64,000 nucleotides of DNA from Octopus vulgaris (Eukaryota): assembly GCA_951406725.2 (NCBI GenBank), contig OX597829.1, positions 25,358,001-25,422,000 on the forward strand, read 5' to 3'. This document shows positions 1-58,756 of the stretch, one piece after another (the stretch's first letter is position 1; every line of letters begins with the position of its first letter). Made by a program: the position numbers and the translations under genes. A model generated the notes under the pieces. The model searched no databases. It saw only the letters and a program-made list of their open reading frames with translations, and was not told where the DNA came from.

Positions 1-1074
1 ATATTTATATACATATCGCAAATATGGTGTGTAGAAACATTTATGGACAAAAATTAAATGTATTCAAATAGTAGATTAACAAAAAAAAAGTTTTAAAGAA
101 TAAATTGTGATTAAAAATTTTTGCATAAAAATGTTCATTTCTTTTAGGAATTTTCATTTTCATTAGCAATTTTCGTTTTTAAAAGCAAGATAAATGACAA
201 TATTAATTGATATACTCATAGATATACACATGTGTATGTATCTATGCACTTGTGTATATGTACATATATCATCAATTTATGTCTGCTTTATATGCTGGTA
301 TGGGTTGGACGGGTAGTCACATTTAGAGTTCTTTATTATTTGGAGGTGAAGAAACCATTGTTCATTTTGGCATGGTATGGTATCTATGGCTGAATGCCAT
401 TTCCTATTACCAACCATTTTATGAAGTGTACTAGGTACATTTTATTGTGGCATCATCACTAGAGAGGTTTTTGTTTCCTCAATATAACAAAACTACAAAG
501 TCCTTCTGACTGTCTCCACTCCCCTGTAGTGTCTCCACCATTTTGTCAATGTTACACACACAAAGAAGAATTTGGATATCTATGATTATCTGTATGCTTA
601 AAAAATATCCAGATGGTATAATATGCTTCTGGAATTTAGATAATTTGCAAGACATTTAACAAAAAGTAGAAGCAGATACTAATTTGATGATATTATAATA
701 AGTTTAGGTCATTGACTTCTATCATTCTGCATTTAGTATCATTTTATTGGCAGCTGGCAATAAAACTGTTTCATGATTTTCTGGAGTTGTGCCTGTGACC
801 AATTTATTTTGGTATAGGCTTGAAAATATCTTGCATTGTTGTACATTTTTTATTGCTGTAATACACACACACACATGCAAATGAACATACAGATGTGTGT
901 GTGCATAAATGTGTTGTGTTTGTTCACCACCACTTGACAACCAGGTTTGGTTTGTTTACATCCATATACATTAGCTGTTCAGCAAAAGAAACCACTGGAG
1001 TAGGTGCCAAACTTAAAAATAATATAAAATAAAACCAAGTACTGGGCTATTCTCTATTACACTAACTTATCAGT

Positions 1075-1300
1075 AAATCTATTCTGTGCTCATGCTTCAT
1101 TATAACAGAATTTAGCTCTGGCTATTTTCTTCTGCTGATGCCTATGACTAGGTTTATAATTACAATGGGGATGGAGGTTGGCGTTCCTATAAACAGTTTT
1201 CTTGTTAGGATTTCTGCGAATGTAGAATTTGCTTGCCTTGAATTGTAGAGTGACATCCATACAATTGGTGGTAATGGTTTACCTAGGGCCAAATTTCTCT
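1075..1300 (-). mobile_element. Degenerate Penelope-like retroelement RT/thumb fragment
   Basis: Frameshifted translation TNCMDVTLQ...KFYIRRNPNKKTVY.NAN.HP / IINLVIGISRR / YNEA resembles the PLE pattern NFLDVTL...YRKPN...YIN..SNHP...ISRR...YNEAL. Confidence 0.55.
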
Positions 1301-2808
1301 GAAAATGTTTATAACTTACCCATGGCATAGTCATTCAAAAGGCTTGAGAATGCAAAGCCACATATATTCATAAACTATGTGTGTGTGTATGCACAAACAC
1401 ACATACATGCATAAATATATATATTAGAAGAAAAACCCACCTTTTATCAATTCAAAATGAAAAATTAAATTACACCATCTAGAAAATTACATATAATAGA
1501 AAAATTAAATATAAGATAAAAAATATAACGATGATTAAGTAATGTGCAAAATAATAAATAAAATGTATATATTTAATTAATAAATATACGTAAATAATCT
1601 TTTAAAAAATAAATATATTCTTTAAAATAGATATCTATATCTATATATATATATATGTATATAAGATACAAAATATACATTAAGTGAAAACTAAATACAA
1701 CATTTTAAACTATATACATTAAATCAAATTATTAATTAATATATTTATTTAATAAACATCCAAATAAAGTCTAATACCCATTAAGCAATTAATACTAAAA
1801 ACCTTAATATTAACTAATATACACAATGCTAGTACAAGCCATAAATACTGGAATCAAAAATAAGAAATGGTTCAAATATAGACACACCCATTATATAAAC
1901 TAACTATATAATTAATATATATGTAGTATGTATAGATTTAATATATCACTCAATAATATAGTTGACCAAAATATCAATTAATATAAAAACTAATTTACTT
2001 AAATGTAATACTACTTGATAAATATACCACCTAATTATTAAATAATGTATTGTCTAACAAAATTAATTCTCAAATTAAATTATATGTAATATGTTAAATC
2101 CCTTTATAAAAATAATAAAGTATTCTAAGTAAATAGATATCATAATTAATAACTATCATAACTTATAACTATCAATATATATAAAAAATATTTCAATAAC
2201 AATAATAATCAAACCCAATATAATTCAAAAGCCTAATAATATTTATAAGCAAAAACCATTACTTAGCTTGTTGATGAAAATAACATAACTGAATTTTAAA
2301 CGCACAAAAATATATAGGTCTTAGTGTTTACAAAAATTAAACACGGGAAGACTTAGTGTAAACAAATAGAATAAATTATCAATGAAAATGGCAAAAACTA
2401 TTTACTAATGAAAAATACGAAAAACATCTAAGCCCCATGAATTAAAGAAAGGTACGAAAAATATTAGAACAAATGAACAATACACTATGAAGACATTCAA
2501 CTACAACTGACAGTCCACTACGACTCCAGTCAATAACAACAATAATAATAACAACAATCAAACTCAATATAATACAAAATCCAAATAAAATTGATAAACA
2601 AACAACATTACTAAGCTTATCGATTAAATTAATATAACTGGATTTTAAATGTATTAAAATAGGTCTTAGCGTCTTAATTAATATACCCAATGCTAGTACA
2701 AGGCATAAATATCAGAATCAAAAATAGGAAATGGTTCAAATATACATAAACCCATTATATAAACTAACTATATTATTAATATATATGTATTAATATATAT
2801 ATTAATAT

Positions 2809-3213
2809 AGGCGCAGGAGTGGCTGTGTGGTAAGTAGCTTGCTAACCAACCACATGGTTCCAGGTTCAGTCCCACTGCGTGGCATCTTGGGCAAGTGTCT
2901 TCTGCTATAGCCCCGGGCCGACAAGTGCCTTGTGAGTGGATTTGGTAGACGGAAACTGAAAGAAGCCTGTCGTATATATGTATGTATATATATGTGTATG
3001 TGTGTGTGTTTGTGTTTGTCCCCCTAGCATTGCTTGACAACCGATGCTGGTGTGTTTATGTCCCTGTCACTTAGCGGTTTGGCAAAAGAGACCGATAGAA
3101 TAAGTACTGGCCTTACAAAAAAGAATAAGTCTCGGGGTAGATTTGCTCGACTAAAGGCGGTGCTTCAGCATGGCTGCAGTCAAATGACTAAAACAAGTAA
3201 AAGAGTAAAAGAG
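2809..3213 (+). mobile_element. tRNA-derived SINE (family A, internal TA/TG microsatellite, GAGTAAAA tail)
   Basis: Head ggcgcaggagtggctgtgtggtaag...ggttcagtccc with A/B-box-like motifs; interrupts one copy of a direct repeat. Other copies near 6771-7275(-), 19680-19880(-), 23400-23763(+), 29615-29930(-), 31080-31450(-), 35915-36190(-), 44740-45085(-), 53520-53875(-), 61132-61527(+). Confidence 0.85.
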
Positions 3214-3634
3214 TAGTATGTATAGATTTAATATATCACTCAATAATATAGTTGACCAAAATATTAATTAATATAAAAACTAATTTACTTAAATGTAATA
3301 CTATGTGATAAAAATACCACCTAATTATTAAATAATGTATATTCTAACAAAACTAATTCTCAAATTAAATTATATGTAATATGTTAAATCCCTTTATAAA
3401 AATAATACTAAAACATATTAAATAAATAGATATCATAACTAATAACGATCGTAACTAATAACTATCAATAAACTATAAATAAAAATAATATTTCAAAAAC
3501 AATAATAATAATAATCAAAACCAAAACGATTCAAAATCCAAATAATATAGAGAAGCAAAAAACATTACTTAGCTTGTCGATGGAAAAGATTATTTACGTA
3601 TATTTATTAATTATTTTATTATTGTAGTTATCTT

Positions 3635-3738
3635 TAACCTGATGAGTGGCTATATTTATATTGAAGTGATTTTACTACTACTACTAATATATTTACTATA
3701 ATTATTTCTTAAATATAGCCACGAAACATGTGTCGTTA
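3635..3738 (+). ncRNA. Type I hammerhead ribozyme motif with intact core
   Basis: taac-CTGATGA-gtggctatattta...taaatatagccac-GAAAC-atgt-GTC-gtta. Stem I taac/gtta, 13-bp perfect stem II, palindromic ACATGT at stem/loop III, predicted cleavage after 3734. Confidence 0.8.
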
Positions 3739-4053
3739 TTCTACCAAATATATACGTTTTATTTATTATTTTGCACATTACTTAATCATCGTTATATTTT
3801 TTATCTTATATTTAATTTTTCTATTATATGTAATTTTCTTGATGGTGCAATTTAATTTTTCATTTTGAATTGATAAAAGGTGGGTTTTTTCTAATTTATA
3901 TATATATATTATATTTTGTGAAATTTAATTTAATATTTTAAATTGAATTTTTCCTTGTAAGTTTGGAATAATATTCCCTCATATTATTATTATTATTATT
4001 ATTATACACACACATATGCATGTATCATCTTTGTTTTCAATATATTCAAGCAA

Positions 4054-4059
4054 TTTATT
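4054..4059 (-). promoter_or_regulatory. Candidate polyadenylation signal AATAAA for EXOC8
   Basis: tttatt on + strand about 50 nt past the stop codon; AT-rich context makes a chance match plausible. Confidence 0.3.
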
Positions 4060-4110
4060 ATATTAAAAAGAAAATAACTATATACACATGGACATTTGAT
4101 TTTTTTTCTT

Positions 4111-49427
<45,317 letters not shown>

Positions 49428-49889
49428 CTGCAAATAAACACATACAAACATTAATTAAAGGAAAAAAAAAAACCCCCCAAAAAACCAAAAAAAACAAAAC
49501 AAATCATTATAGAGATCAGTTAAAAAGAATTCGGAAACAAATACAGAGATCAGCTAAAGAAACGGCAAACTCAGTTTTTAAAAATAGAATTTTACTCTTA
49601 TTTTCATTTTACTTGTTTTCTTGCAAGAATAGGTGGAGTAATTATTACTGATACTGCCTAATTATTACTAATTAATTAGTAATAATTAATTAGTTTCTTA
49701 GTCTAATATGCACTATTCATATTTCTCATAGATAGGACTGCATCCCAAAGCCTGGCTTTTCACTTCAGGTCTTCATGGTCAGATGTCACTTCATCCCCCA
49801 ACCAATACTGATACTCTACAAAGTTACACAATAGAGTAATATTCTATTGTGAGTCTACAAAGCGACTCACAATAGAGTATTACTCTGAT

Positions 49890-50230
49890 ATCTGACACAA
49901 AAGGCTGCTACTGCTGCACACACAAACACCTTAGACAGCATCTAGAAAATGAGCATCAGACTAAGAGTAGCATAAAGTCACTCAGACATGTTCCAGTCTC
50001 TGGTACACAGGTCTTACAGTTCTGTTTTTCTACTACTACTATAATGGCCTCTGCTCCTCAGAGCTAGCTGGGCTTATGCTGCTTCCACTCAGGAATTTTC
50101 TGACCCACTTGTCTGTTTTTTTTCACCCAATTATGCATGTTGTAATCAATTCCATCTCAAGATCCTGCACTAATCACTACACTGGTTCCTTGCTCCCCAG
50201 AATGTCCTACTGGAATTTCATCCATGTCCC
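49890..50230 (+). mobile_element. CR1/L2-type LINE 3' fragment
   Basis: Translation NTLDSI*KMSIRL...QSLVHR...FYYYYNGLCSSELA. Confidence 0.55.
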
Positions 50231-52216
50231 TGGCAATCCCCTGGAACTTCATCTTCTTGTACACCTGAATGACAATGCAAGTGATTAACAAATCGTAATT
50301 TTTCAGATATTTTCAGCAGTTCAGTGATTAGGGATAGGCTGGTTTCTTAGCTTTCATATCCTTAATACTTAGTTCAACTGTATAACAACCACTTTCAATA
50401 ATGGACCTCCTCGTTCAGTCTACTTGGAGTAGTCCCTACCTCATGTATTTTTCTCATTCAACAACTGCTTTTTAACTCTTATATTCCATACACATTTTTC
50501 ACTAATAAAACATCCTAATTCTATTTTCTAATCTGGAAATCCCTCATACCTTTCACACTATGATTCTTTCCTTATTTAGTATATCTGCTGCTTCATTTTT
50601 CTCTCGGTCATCTGATAATATTTCTTGACACCCACTCTCTTTTCCATTAATTCCAATCTTTCTTGAGACAGTCTCATTTCATATTAATAGAAAAAATAGG
50701 CATAACATCTTCAACAGAAATTCTATTAAAGTTTCATACTTTTGTTGCCCCATTCATTCTATTAACACAAACTATATGTCAAGAAATACTAGCGCCAAAA
50801 TAGAAAGCAAATGTAATTGTGGAAACCCTAGGATCTAGGGTTTCAGTAAATAAAAATTGTCTCGCCGGTTAGTTAGTTTAAAATGCCAAGATGGAATTGA
50901 GCAACGGCTTGCAGCTGAAATTGCATCAAGAGAAAATTAATGAAAATGAGATTTTACTCAAATAAGCATCCAAGTAGGAAATTTACAACTGTTTTGCCTT
51001 GATCTTTTAATATAAATGCTTTTAATATAAAATGGTCAATCTTTACTTTTACACTTGCTTAGAAGCAGTGTATCAGTAGAAAGAAGGTGATAATTCATTT
51101 TCTGGAATAGTTGGAAGACCATTTCTTGATTATAAAATTAATTTTTAGCTTGGTTTCTACAGTTGGATTCCTTTTCTTTTACTAATCATCTTACACAGGG
51201 TACTTGGTACATTTCATTTGGTGCATATCATGACACCAGTAACTGTTTTAAGACGTGGGTACACTGGGCAGTTGCCCAGGAGTTCCACGGGTGTAAGGAA
51301 CCCAATCTTGATTTTTATATGCTTTGCCTTGCTGTCAATAAATAAATATTATTGGCCTGAGTACACTGATTTGCTTGGGGCCCTAAGATGGGCCTGCATG
51401 GCACTAGTACTAAAGAAGCCATCATATTTTTGACATGATTAAAAGAATTGTCACAAAACTATACTGTCTCTGCTTGCTTGTCAACCATTTTTACAAGGAG
51501 TATAGGGTGCATTTTATCAAGAACTGGCAGTGAACAGGTGTAGTGCGTGTGAGTGATCATACTTTCTGTGAATTATTTCTATGTATAGCTTCCTTGATAT
51601 AAAAATCAAAGCCTTATAATGTCTGTACTTTTTATAATGTCAAGGCTGTGGACCAGTTAAACTATTACACTGTTGTTTAAATGTTATCCTGCAGTTTTGT
51701 TTATCATCAATTAAATTTGTTTCTCTTTCTCTCTCCATATCCAACCCCCCACCGCAAATAGTGAACAAAATTAATTAAAAAGAAAAGAAGAACAAGAGAT
51801 AGTCAGAGATTTTGGTAAAGAAATAAAGCTATAGAAAAAGGGTGATGACTCATCAACAATTCAGTAATTAAATACTTTCAGTCAGTTTATTCACTTTTAC
51901 ACAATGATAATAGTAAATACGCATGCACACACACAATGACTTTATACCTATTTGATCAAAGCACAATATATATATATATATATACCTCATCCATCACCCT
52001 CTTGTACTGTCTTATATTCCTCCCCACCACTACAAACTCAATAACACTATAAAATGGTCAAAACTCCTCACACAGGAACTTAGTTTGATTTGAAAACCCC
52101 ACTAGAATGGGAGAAAGCGTTAATACATGATCTAAGTTATATGATATATAAAAAATGTAATATACAAATAAATGTCTGTAAATATAAACCATCTGATTTT
52201 CTGAGTACCTCATTTC

Positions 52217-52275
<59 letters not shown>

Positions 52276-53216
52276 TATATATATAATATCATAAATGATA
52301 CAAACATTAAGTCAATTATTTAGTGCTTCAGTGACTTTTTCATTTTAGGACGCGCTCACACGCAGACACACATTTATTATAATAGTTTAAAATGACTAAT
52401 GCTCCATTATTTTGGCATAATAAATATATCTCATTGACATTTTAATGTGTTTGTAATAACATTTTGAATCACTTTTTAATGAACTTGTATATAATTGTAA
52501 AAAATTTATAAAAATTACTTTTTATAAACTCTCACATAATAGATTTGAAACAAAAAAAATAATTTCATTAATTTATTAGAAATATAATTAATAATGAACA
52601 TATGTATGCTGGGGGTGTTGGTCGTTGTAGGGTGATGTAAAAACGGCACAAAAAAAAAATGAAGCAAAAGAAAGCCATTGTACAATGAATAGTTTACTCT
52701 GTTCAAATTAGGTCAGTTTAACCTATTTGTATTTGAAAGTTTCAACTTGAGAAGAGGAACAATTAAACATTAATAACGAGTACATTACACACAACTCAGG
52801 TGCTCTAAAAGATTTCTTGGAATGAATAGGGAAGACAAAGGAAAAATTGAATTAAAAATGAAAAAAAAAAAAAATGAATTAAAAAAACCTTTTTCTGTAT
52901 CCAGATCTTGTTAAAAGAGCAAAACAGATCCTTTAGTGATAATTGGATATGTATGCTTGTTATTACTTTAAATAATGTCATCAATAAATTATAAAATAAT
53001 GCCAAATATAATTAAAATCGTATAATAGACTATCAACATAAGCAAAACCTTATTTTATTTTCCTATCCTCCCTTATTTGTCTTTATTGCTTAAGTTTAAA
53101 CCTGAAAAATTCATGAAAATAATAATTTCTATCTTTTTGTTAGAACTTTCCCAAAGATTCTAGTTTCACTTTCTGCAGATTACAGTAAACTTAGCCACAA
53201 GATAGGACTGCTAAAT

Positions 53217-53261
<45 letters not shown>

Positions 53262-53507
53262 TTCGTTTTTGGATTTGGTTTGCAAGATTATGTGAGTTCA
53301 TGTGTTGAAGCATATTCTGTTGTGTCTGGGGAGAGTCATTTTCTTTTTGTGACTTATAATTTAACAGTCTCCAAGACTATTGAAAAGGTTGCAAGATGCA
53401 ATGAAAATTTTAGGAAAATAAAAATAAGGAATAAGTGGAAATTTTACTGGTGTGTTAAATTATAAGGCACAAAAAGAAAATTACTCTTCCCAGACACAAC
53501 AGTATAT
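53262..53507. mobile_element. Small inverted-repeat element (55-bp arms) enclosing a variant hammerhead-like motif
   Basis: Arms 53312-53366 and 53453-53507; motif cta-TTGAAAA-g-gttgca-aga-tgcaat-GAAAA-TTT-tag at 53377-53413. Confidence 0.55.
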
Positions 53508-54229
53508 AATATAAAATCTTATCCTTTATGTTTTAGTTATTAGATTGTTGCCATGCTGGAGCACTACCTTGAAGAATTTTGGTTGAATAAATTTTAGTTA
53601 ACTCCAGTACTTATTCTATTGGTCCATTTTGCTGAACTGCTAAGTTACAGGGTTGTAAACATACCAAAACTAGTTGTCAAGCACGGGTGGAATAATGCAC
53701 ATGCACACAAAACATACACGACAGGATTCTTTTAGTTTCTATCTACCAAATCTACTTACAATAGGGTCAGCTCAAGGTTATAGCAGAAGACACTTGCCCA
53801 AGGTGCCATGCAGTGTAACTGAACTCAGAACCATGTCATTGAGAAGCAGACTTTTTACCACACAGCTACGCCTGTGCTTAGCAAACTTATTGCCATATAG
53901 GCAAACTTAAAGTTTGACTTAGATCCACTTGACTTAAAGTTTCATTGATGCATCTGAACATCTGATTAGATGGCTGTGTCCTACATGTGCATTAAACTTA
54001 CAGTCATGTGCAGCTGAGTCAGACTGTTATTAAACACATGTAACTCGAACCTAAGTATCATTTAGAGAAGTTCAGAGAGCTATAATCTCTCTAGGTAATA
54101 AAAAAAAACCCTCCTACAGTATGAAAGGTAGATTGTATAATGACTGTGTACAAAAATTAATGAAACATAATAGTGAAACATAAGATGTGAATGTTTAAGC
54201 TCACCTACTTAGTCCCATCAATTTCCTTT

Positions 54230-54900
54230 ATTCCACTGTAATTGTTAATTACCATCATGCAGAGCTATGATGTCAAAGAACTTATCAGGGATATTTATTT
54301 CCAAGTGTTCCAAAGATGTGAAAATAATTTTGTAATTCACATACAGTATTTCACATATCTTTTGAGGATCAATAGTAAGTGAGCCATTTTCTTCAAACAA
54401 TGACCCTATCTTGCTTGTACTGAAACAGACTCTTTTGCAGATCTACAAAAAACTTTAGGGATTGTTTTTAGATTTTATAGAATCCTGGTTTCTTTCTATT
54501 TTTTTTTTTTGCTCTCTCCTTATTTGAGATATGATTCCTCCCTATCCTTTAGTAGCCCATTTAGCTGATTTGAGATCTTTGTTCATTGTCTCATTAGAAT
54601 TTTCCTATCTCTTGGGATTATGCTTTTCTGTCAGTTTGACATTTTCCCCAGAGCAAACTTAGTGTGCTTGTCTTGCATGCTTGTCATAACATGTAGCTTT
54701 ATTTCAGTACCCTGTGCAGAGAGACTAGAAGACAAGTTTTATTCCTGGACCTCTTTCTGAATACCTCTCCAACTAGCTTTATGAAAGAATATGCTGGACA
54801 GGAGTTCTAGTAAACTGCATGTCTGTAGTTTTTCTCGGACCATACATTGTTAGTTCTTCTAAGTTATGGAGTAATTTGCTATATTTGACTCAAGTAAAAA
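54230..54900 (-). mobile_element. CR1-like LINE inter-domain fragment
   Basis: Minus translation KNNPKVFCRSAK...IGS.FEENGSLTIDPQKICEILYVNYKIIFT. Confidence 0.55.
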
Positions 54901-55820
54901 AATTCTGGTACAGTGCATCACTTAGCTAACACACATACAAGCAAACACATATACAAGCATGTGTACACATAAACATAAGACCAGTTCTCAGACAGACTCA
55001 AAGCAGACCTTGGAGTGAGAGAAGAAGTCACTAAATTACTGAACAGTGATGAAAGAACTGACTAACAAACAAACAACACATTAAACAAACGAGTGATTAG
55101 TTAGTTGGTTAACCAACTGACTCATAATAAAGAAGTAGAAGTGAACTTGTGTGTGTGTTATTATTATTAGACTCTCTCAAGACACAATAAAACTTATTTC
55201 AACACACAAATTCACATCAAGTATCCTGTAAACCAAATAAAGACTAAGGAAGACATGGGATGAAGTGGTGAAACATGATCTTCAAATGTTGAGCCTCATG
55301 GAGGTGATGACAAGAGACTGGGACCTTTGGTGATATGTTGTGCTTGAGAAGACTAGACAAGCCAAGTAAAATCGTAGTTGTGGCTAATGCTGGTGCCACA
55401 TGACTGGTGGCACATAAATGTACCTGTGCTGGTGGCACATTAAAAACACCCATTATACACTTGGAGTGGTTGGTGTTGGGAAGGGGATGCAGCTGTAGAA
55501 ACCATGCCAAACCAGACTGGAACTTGGTGCAGCTCATCAGCTTGCCAGTTCCAATCAAACTGTCTAGCTCATGCCAGCATGGAAAGCAGATGCTAAATGA
55601 TGATGAAGATGAAGTGAAACACACACACACACACACACACACATGTACATATCAATTCAATTTGGGTATTATTTTGGCAATGATATGGTAAAGTGGTGAT
55701 GAAATGATTATAGTATTAAGCAATAAAACGTGTTGCTTAATCCATTGTTTTGTTAATATTTTTATATGTACATATATATACATACATACATGCACATATA
55801 AACACATACATACATGTGTA

Positions 55821-55862
<42 letters not shown>

Positions 55863-57911
55863 TATGAGTACCCCTCATTCACTGGACAATAAACTTTGCT
55901 TGCAAAGACCTATTGAGGCAAGTGAAATCAAATCAAAATCGCTGATGTGGATGATGACAGTACCGCCTGATTGGCAGTCATGCCAGTGGAACGTTAAAAG
56001 CACATCTGAGCGTGATCATTGCCAGGGCCACAGATTGGCTCCCATGCCGGTGGCATGTAAAAAGCACCATTCGAGTGTGACCATTGCCAGCATCGCCTTA
56101 CTGGCACATGTGCCGGTGGCACGTGAAAAACAACATTTGAGCGTGGTCGTTGCCAGTGCCGCTGGAATGGCTCCCGTGCAGGTAGCAGGTAAAAGACACC
56201 TTTTGAGTGTGGTCATTGCCAGAACCTCCTGACTGGCCCTTGTGCCAGTGGCACATAAAAGCACCCACTACATTCTTGGAGTTGTTGAGGTTAGGAAGAG
56301 CATCCAGCTGTAGAAACATTGCCAGATCAGGTTAAGCCTGGTGCAGCCTTCTGGCTCACCAGTCCTCAGTCATACCGTCCAACCCATGCCAGCATGGAAA
56401 GCAGACGTTAAACGATGACAATGATGATGATAAGTACATACACACACACACACAATAGATGATAACTGGAAGGCTCCAATTTTTAGTACTTTGCGTTACT
56501 CACTTCCAACCATCAGCTGGTAATGCAAGTCTGCTTTTCTTTTGAAATATTCAGTTTGAATGTTTTTTTGAAGTATGAAATGAAAATTTGAAAAAAAATG
56601 CTCATGTTTATGTTCTTACATTTAAAAAACCTTTGTGAGTGAAACATGCAAAAATGACTGCTTTAAGCTCACATTTTTTATTTCATTTCTAGTTCTCTTG
56701 GTGACATTATAAAAGTCTTAAAACTTCATATGAGCAAATTTACTCTAATAACTTTGCTCATGAAACTGTGTTGTAATCTAAGTATTGTTTTAAAGTAAGA
56801 CTTTTAATTAATCACCATCATCGTCATCATTTAATGTCCATGTTCCATGCTGGCATGGATTGGATGGTTTGACAGGAACCTATGGTGTCCAAGGACTACA
56901 TTGAACTCCAATGTCTGCTCTGGTATGGCTTTTACAGCTGGATGTGTTTCCTAATGCCAACCACTTTACAGCATATACTGAGTGTTTGTTTTTTTCATGC
57001 CACTTGCAACTACTGAGATTGCTATGTGTTATGCAGTTCACAGCAGGATTATGAGCTCTAGGGTAGGTGATGTGCTCAAATTCATGTTAGGGGATGAGAG
57101 GATCACCATGAGAGGTGGGGGACAGAGCAGATTCCAGCAGAGGGATTTGCATGGTTACTCACAACATGTATATACACATGAGCATTTTGTGTCTGCCTGT
57201 GGAAACACACACACACATGTACATACATGCATACACACAGTGATGTGTGTCTACACATATTAAAACACACATTTTGAAATCAACATTTTTTAAAAACCAG
57301 AACAGGGTTCATGGAAGCTGGTATTTACTTAAAAGAAACTTAACCATGTGCATACAAAACACTAACAATTCTGTTCTTTTGTTTAAACTGTTAATGCCTT
57401 GAGTCAAAATTCGTAATTTTCACTCAAACAAAGACTATACCATATCTTTGATTTGAAACTCACAAAAGGTATTTCTTATTTTTCACCTCTCTTCATGAAG
57501 AGAGGTGAATTCTTCAAACTCTCATTTTATATTTCAAGAATTTTTCTAAAAGCAGTTTCAGATTACCAGCTGATGATCAAAAGCAAGTAACAGAGTACTG
57601 TAAAGTGGAACATTTCAGTTATAACGTATTAAATAACACTCTAAACTTGTATTGAGATCTGTAATTTACCACTTCTGGTGAATCAACAGAGATTTATATA
57701 TATATTATATACATATGAGTGTGTGTGTGTTTGTGTATACACATACATATATAATATAAATAGATACATATATAAGTGTGTATCATCATCATCATTTAAT
57801 GTCCGGTTTCGATGCTGGTATGGTTGGGACAGTTTAATAGGAGCTGGCCAAGCAGATGCCTGCACCAATGAGTGTGTGTGTGTGTGTGTGTATACAAATA
57901 TATACATATAC

Positions 57912-58756
57912 ACAAGGTGCAATGGGTAGACTGTCGCCATTTTATATCTTTAACTTCGTGCATGCGCATTGTTTGTTTCTGATTTTGTCAACTACACAGT
58001 ATAGTAAGGTCAGTTGGGCACTGTCTGTGAGAAAAACAGCACCGTGATGCAATTTCACTCTGCCAGAAACTTGGAAATGACATGCTGTACTGCTTGGAAT
58101 TTGCACTGGAAGCTCCAATACAAACATTTCGGAATGTTTGGGTGTCAATCTGAGAACATGTACCAAGAGTGATAAAAATCGAATATCCAGTCAAAATCAT
58201 GTCTGGAACGATCACTAGTGATGGCGACGTTATGTCTCCATCTTCCCACACAGCCTCTGACTCAACACAGAGGCCTACATCAAGTGCCTGGAGAAGGTAG
58301 TACTGTTCTGGCTCAAGAGGGTAGCTGCTGGAGGACCCTTTGTCTGGCAACAGGACTCTGCCCCATGCCACACAAGCAAGAGAACCCAGTGATGGCTGTC
58401 AGACAATTTCTGCAGTCACATCACCCCTAACATTTGGCCATCTAACTCCCCAGACTGCAACCCCCTTGTTTATTGCATGCAGGGCACAGTTGAGCGAGAG
58501 ACCAACAAAACTCCTTGTAACTGAAGGCAAGAATTATGGCAGCATTCATTAATTTAAACAAGGAGACCATCCAGAAGAGCTGCAGGAGATTCTGAAGTTG
58601 TCTGGAAGCCATGGTTGAAGCCAATGGCGATTTTATTGAATAAATTTACTCTTTGGTATTTCTATGTAATTTTGATAAATATATCTGTTAAAATGCGATG
58701 TCAGTGTTGTTTTCATTTCTGCATAATTTAGATGACAATATATTCACTACACCCTA
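57912..58756 (+). mobile_element. Tc1/mariner (DD37D/maT-like) transposon relic
   Basis: Frameshifted ITSDGDVMSP...LNTEAYIKCLEKVVL...AAGGPFVWQQDSAPCHTSKRTQ.WLSDNF...IWPSNSPDCNP...LEAMVEANGDFIE*. Imperfect TIRs caaggtgcaatgggtagactgtcgcc / gatgacaatatattcactacaccct. Confidence 0.88.

Larger units (their letters stand above)
1423..3980 (+). mobile_element. AT-rich non-autonomous Penelope-like element with inverted terminal repeat, internal direct repeats and a hammerhead
   Basis: 1423-1603 is the reverse complement of 3584-3895 minus about 130 bp. Internal direct repeat ~1800-2277 vs ~2670-3583, the latter split by a SINE. HHR at 3635-3738. Confidence 0.7.

Noticed and set aside
722-855. Possible alternative last exon (…HETVLLPAANKM…*) on the minus strand
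   Set aside because: It needs a phase-1 donor, but the preceding exon ends in phase 0. The exon at 4111-4269 fits both phase and homology better.
1600-2800. Mitochondrial control-region insertion (NUMT), suggested by extreme AT content
   Set aside because: No mitochondrial tRNA or gene remnants seen. It is better explained as the interior of the inverted-repeat element.
49659-49688. 30-bp perfect palindrome taattattactaatt|aattagtaataatta
   Set aside because: Very low complexity AT sequence, readily produced by slippage.
55960-56270. Regularly spaced repeats resembling a CRISPR array
   Set aside because: The whole ~62-bp unit repeats with no unique spacers, it sits inside a eukaryotic retro-repeat, and there are no cas genes.
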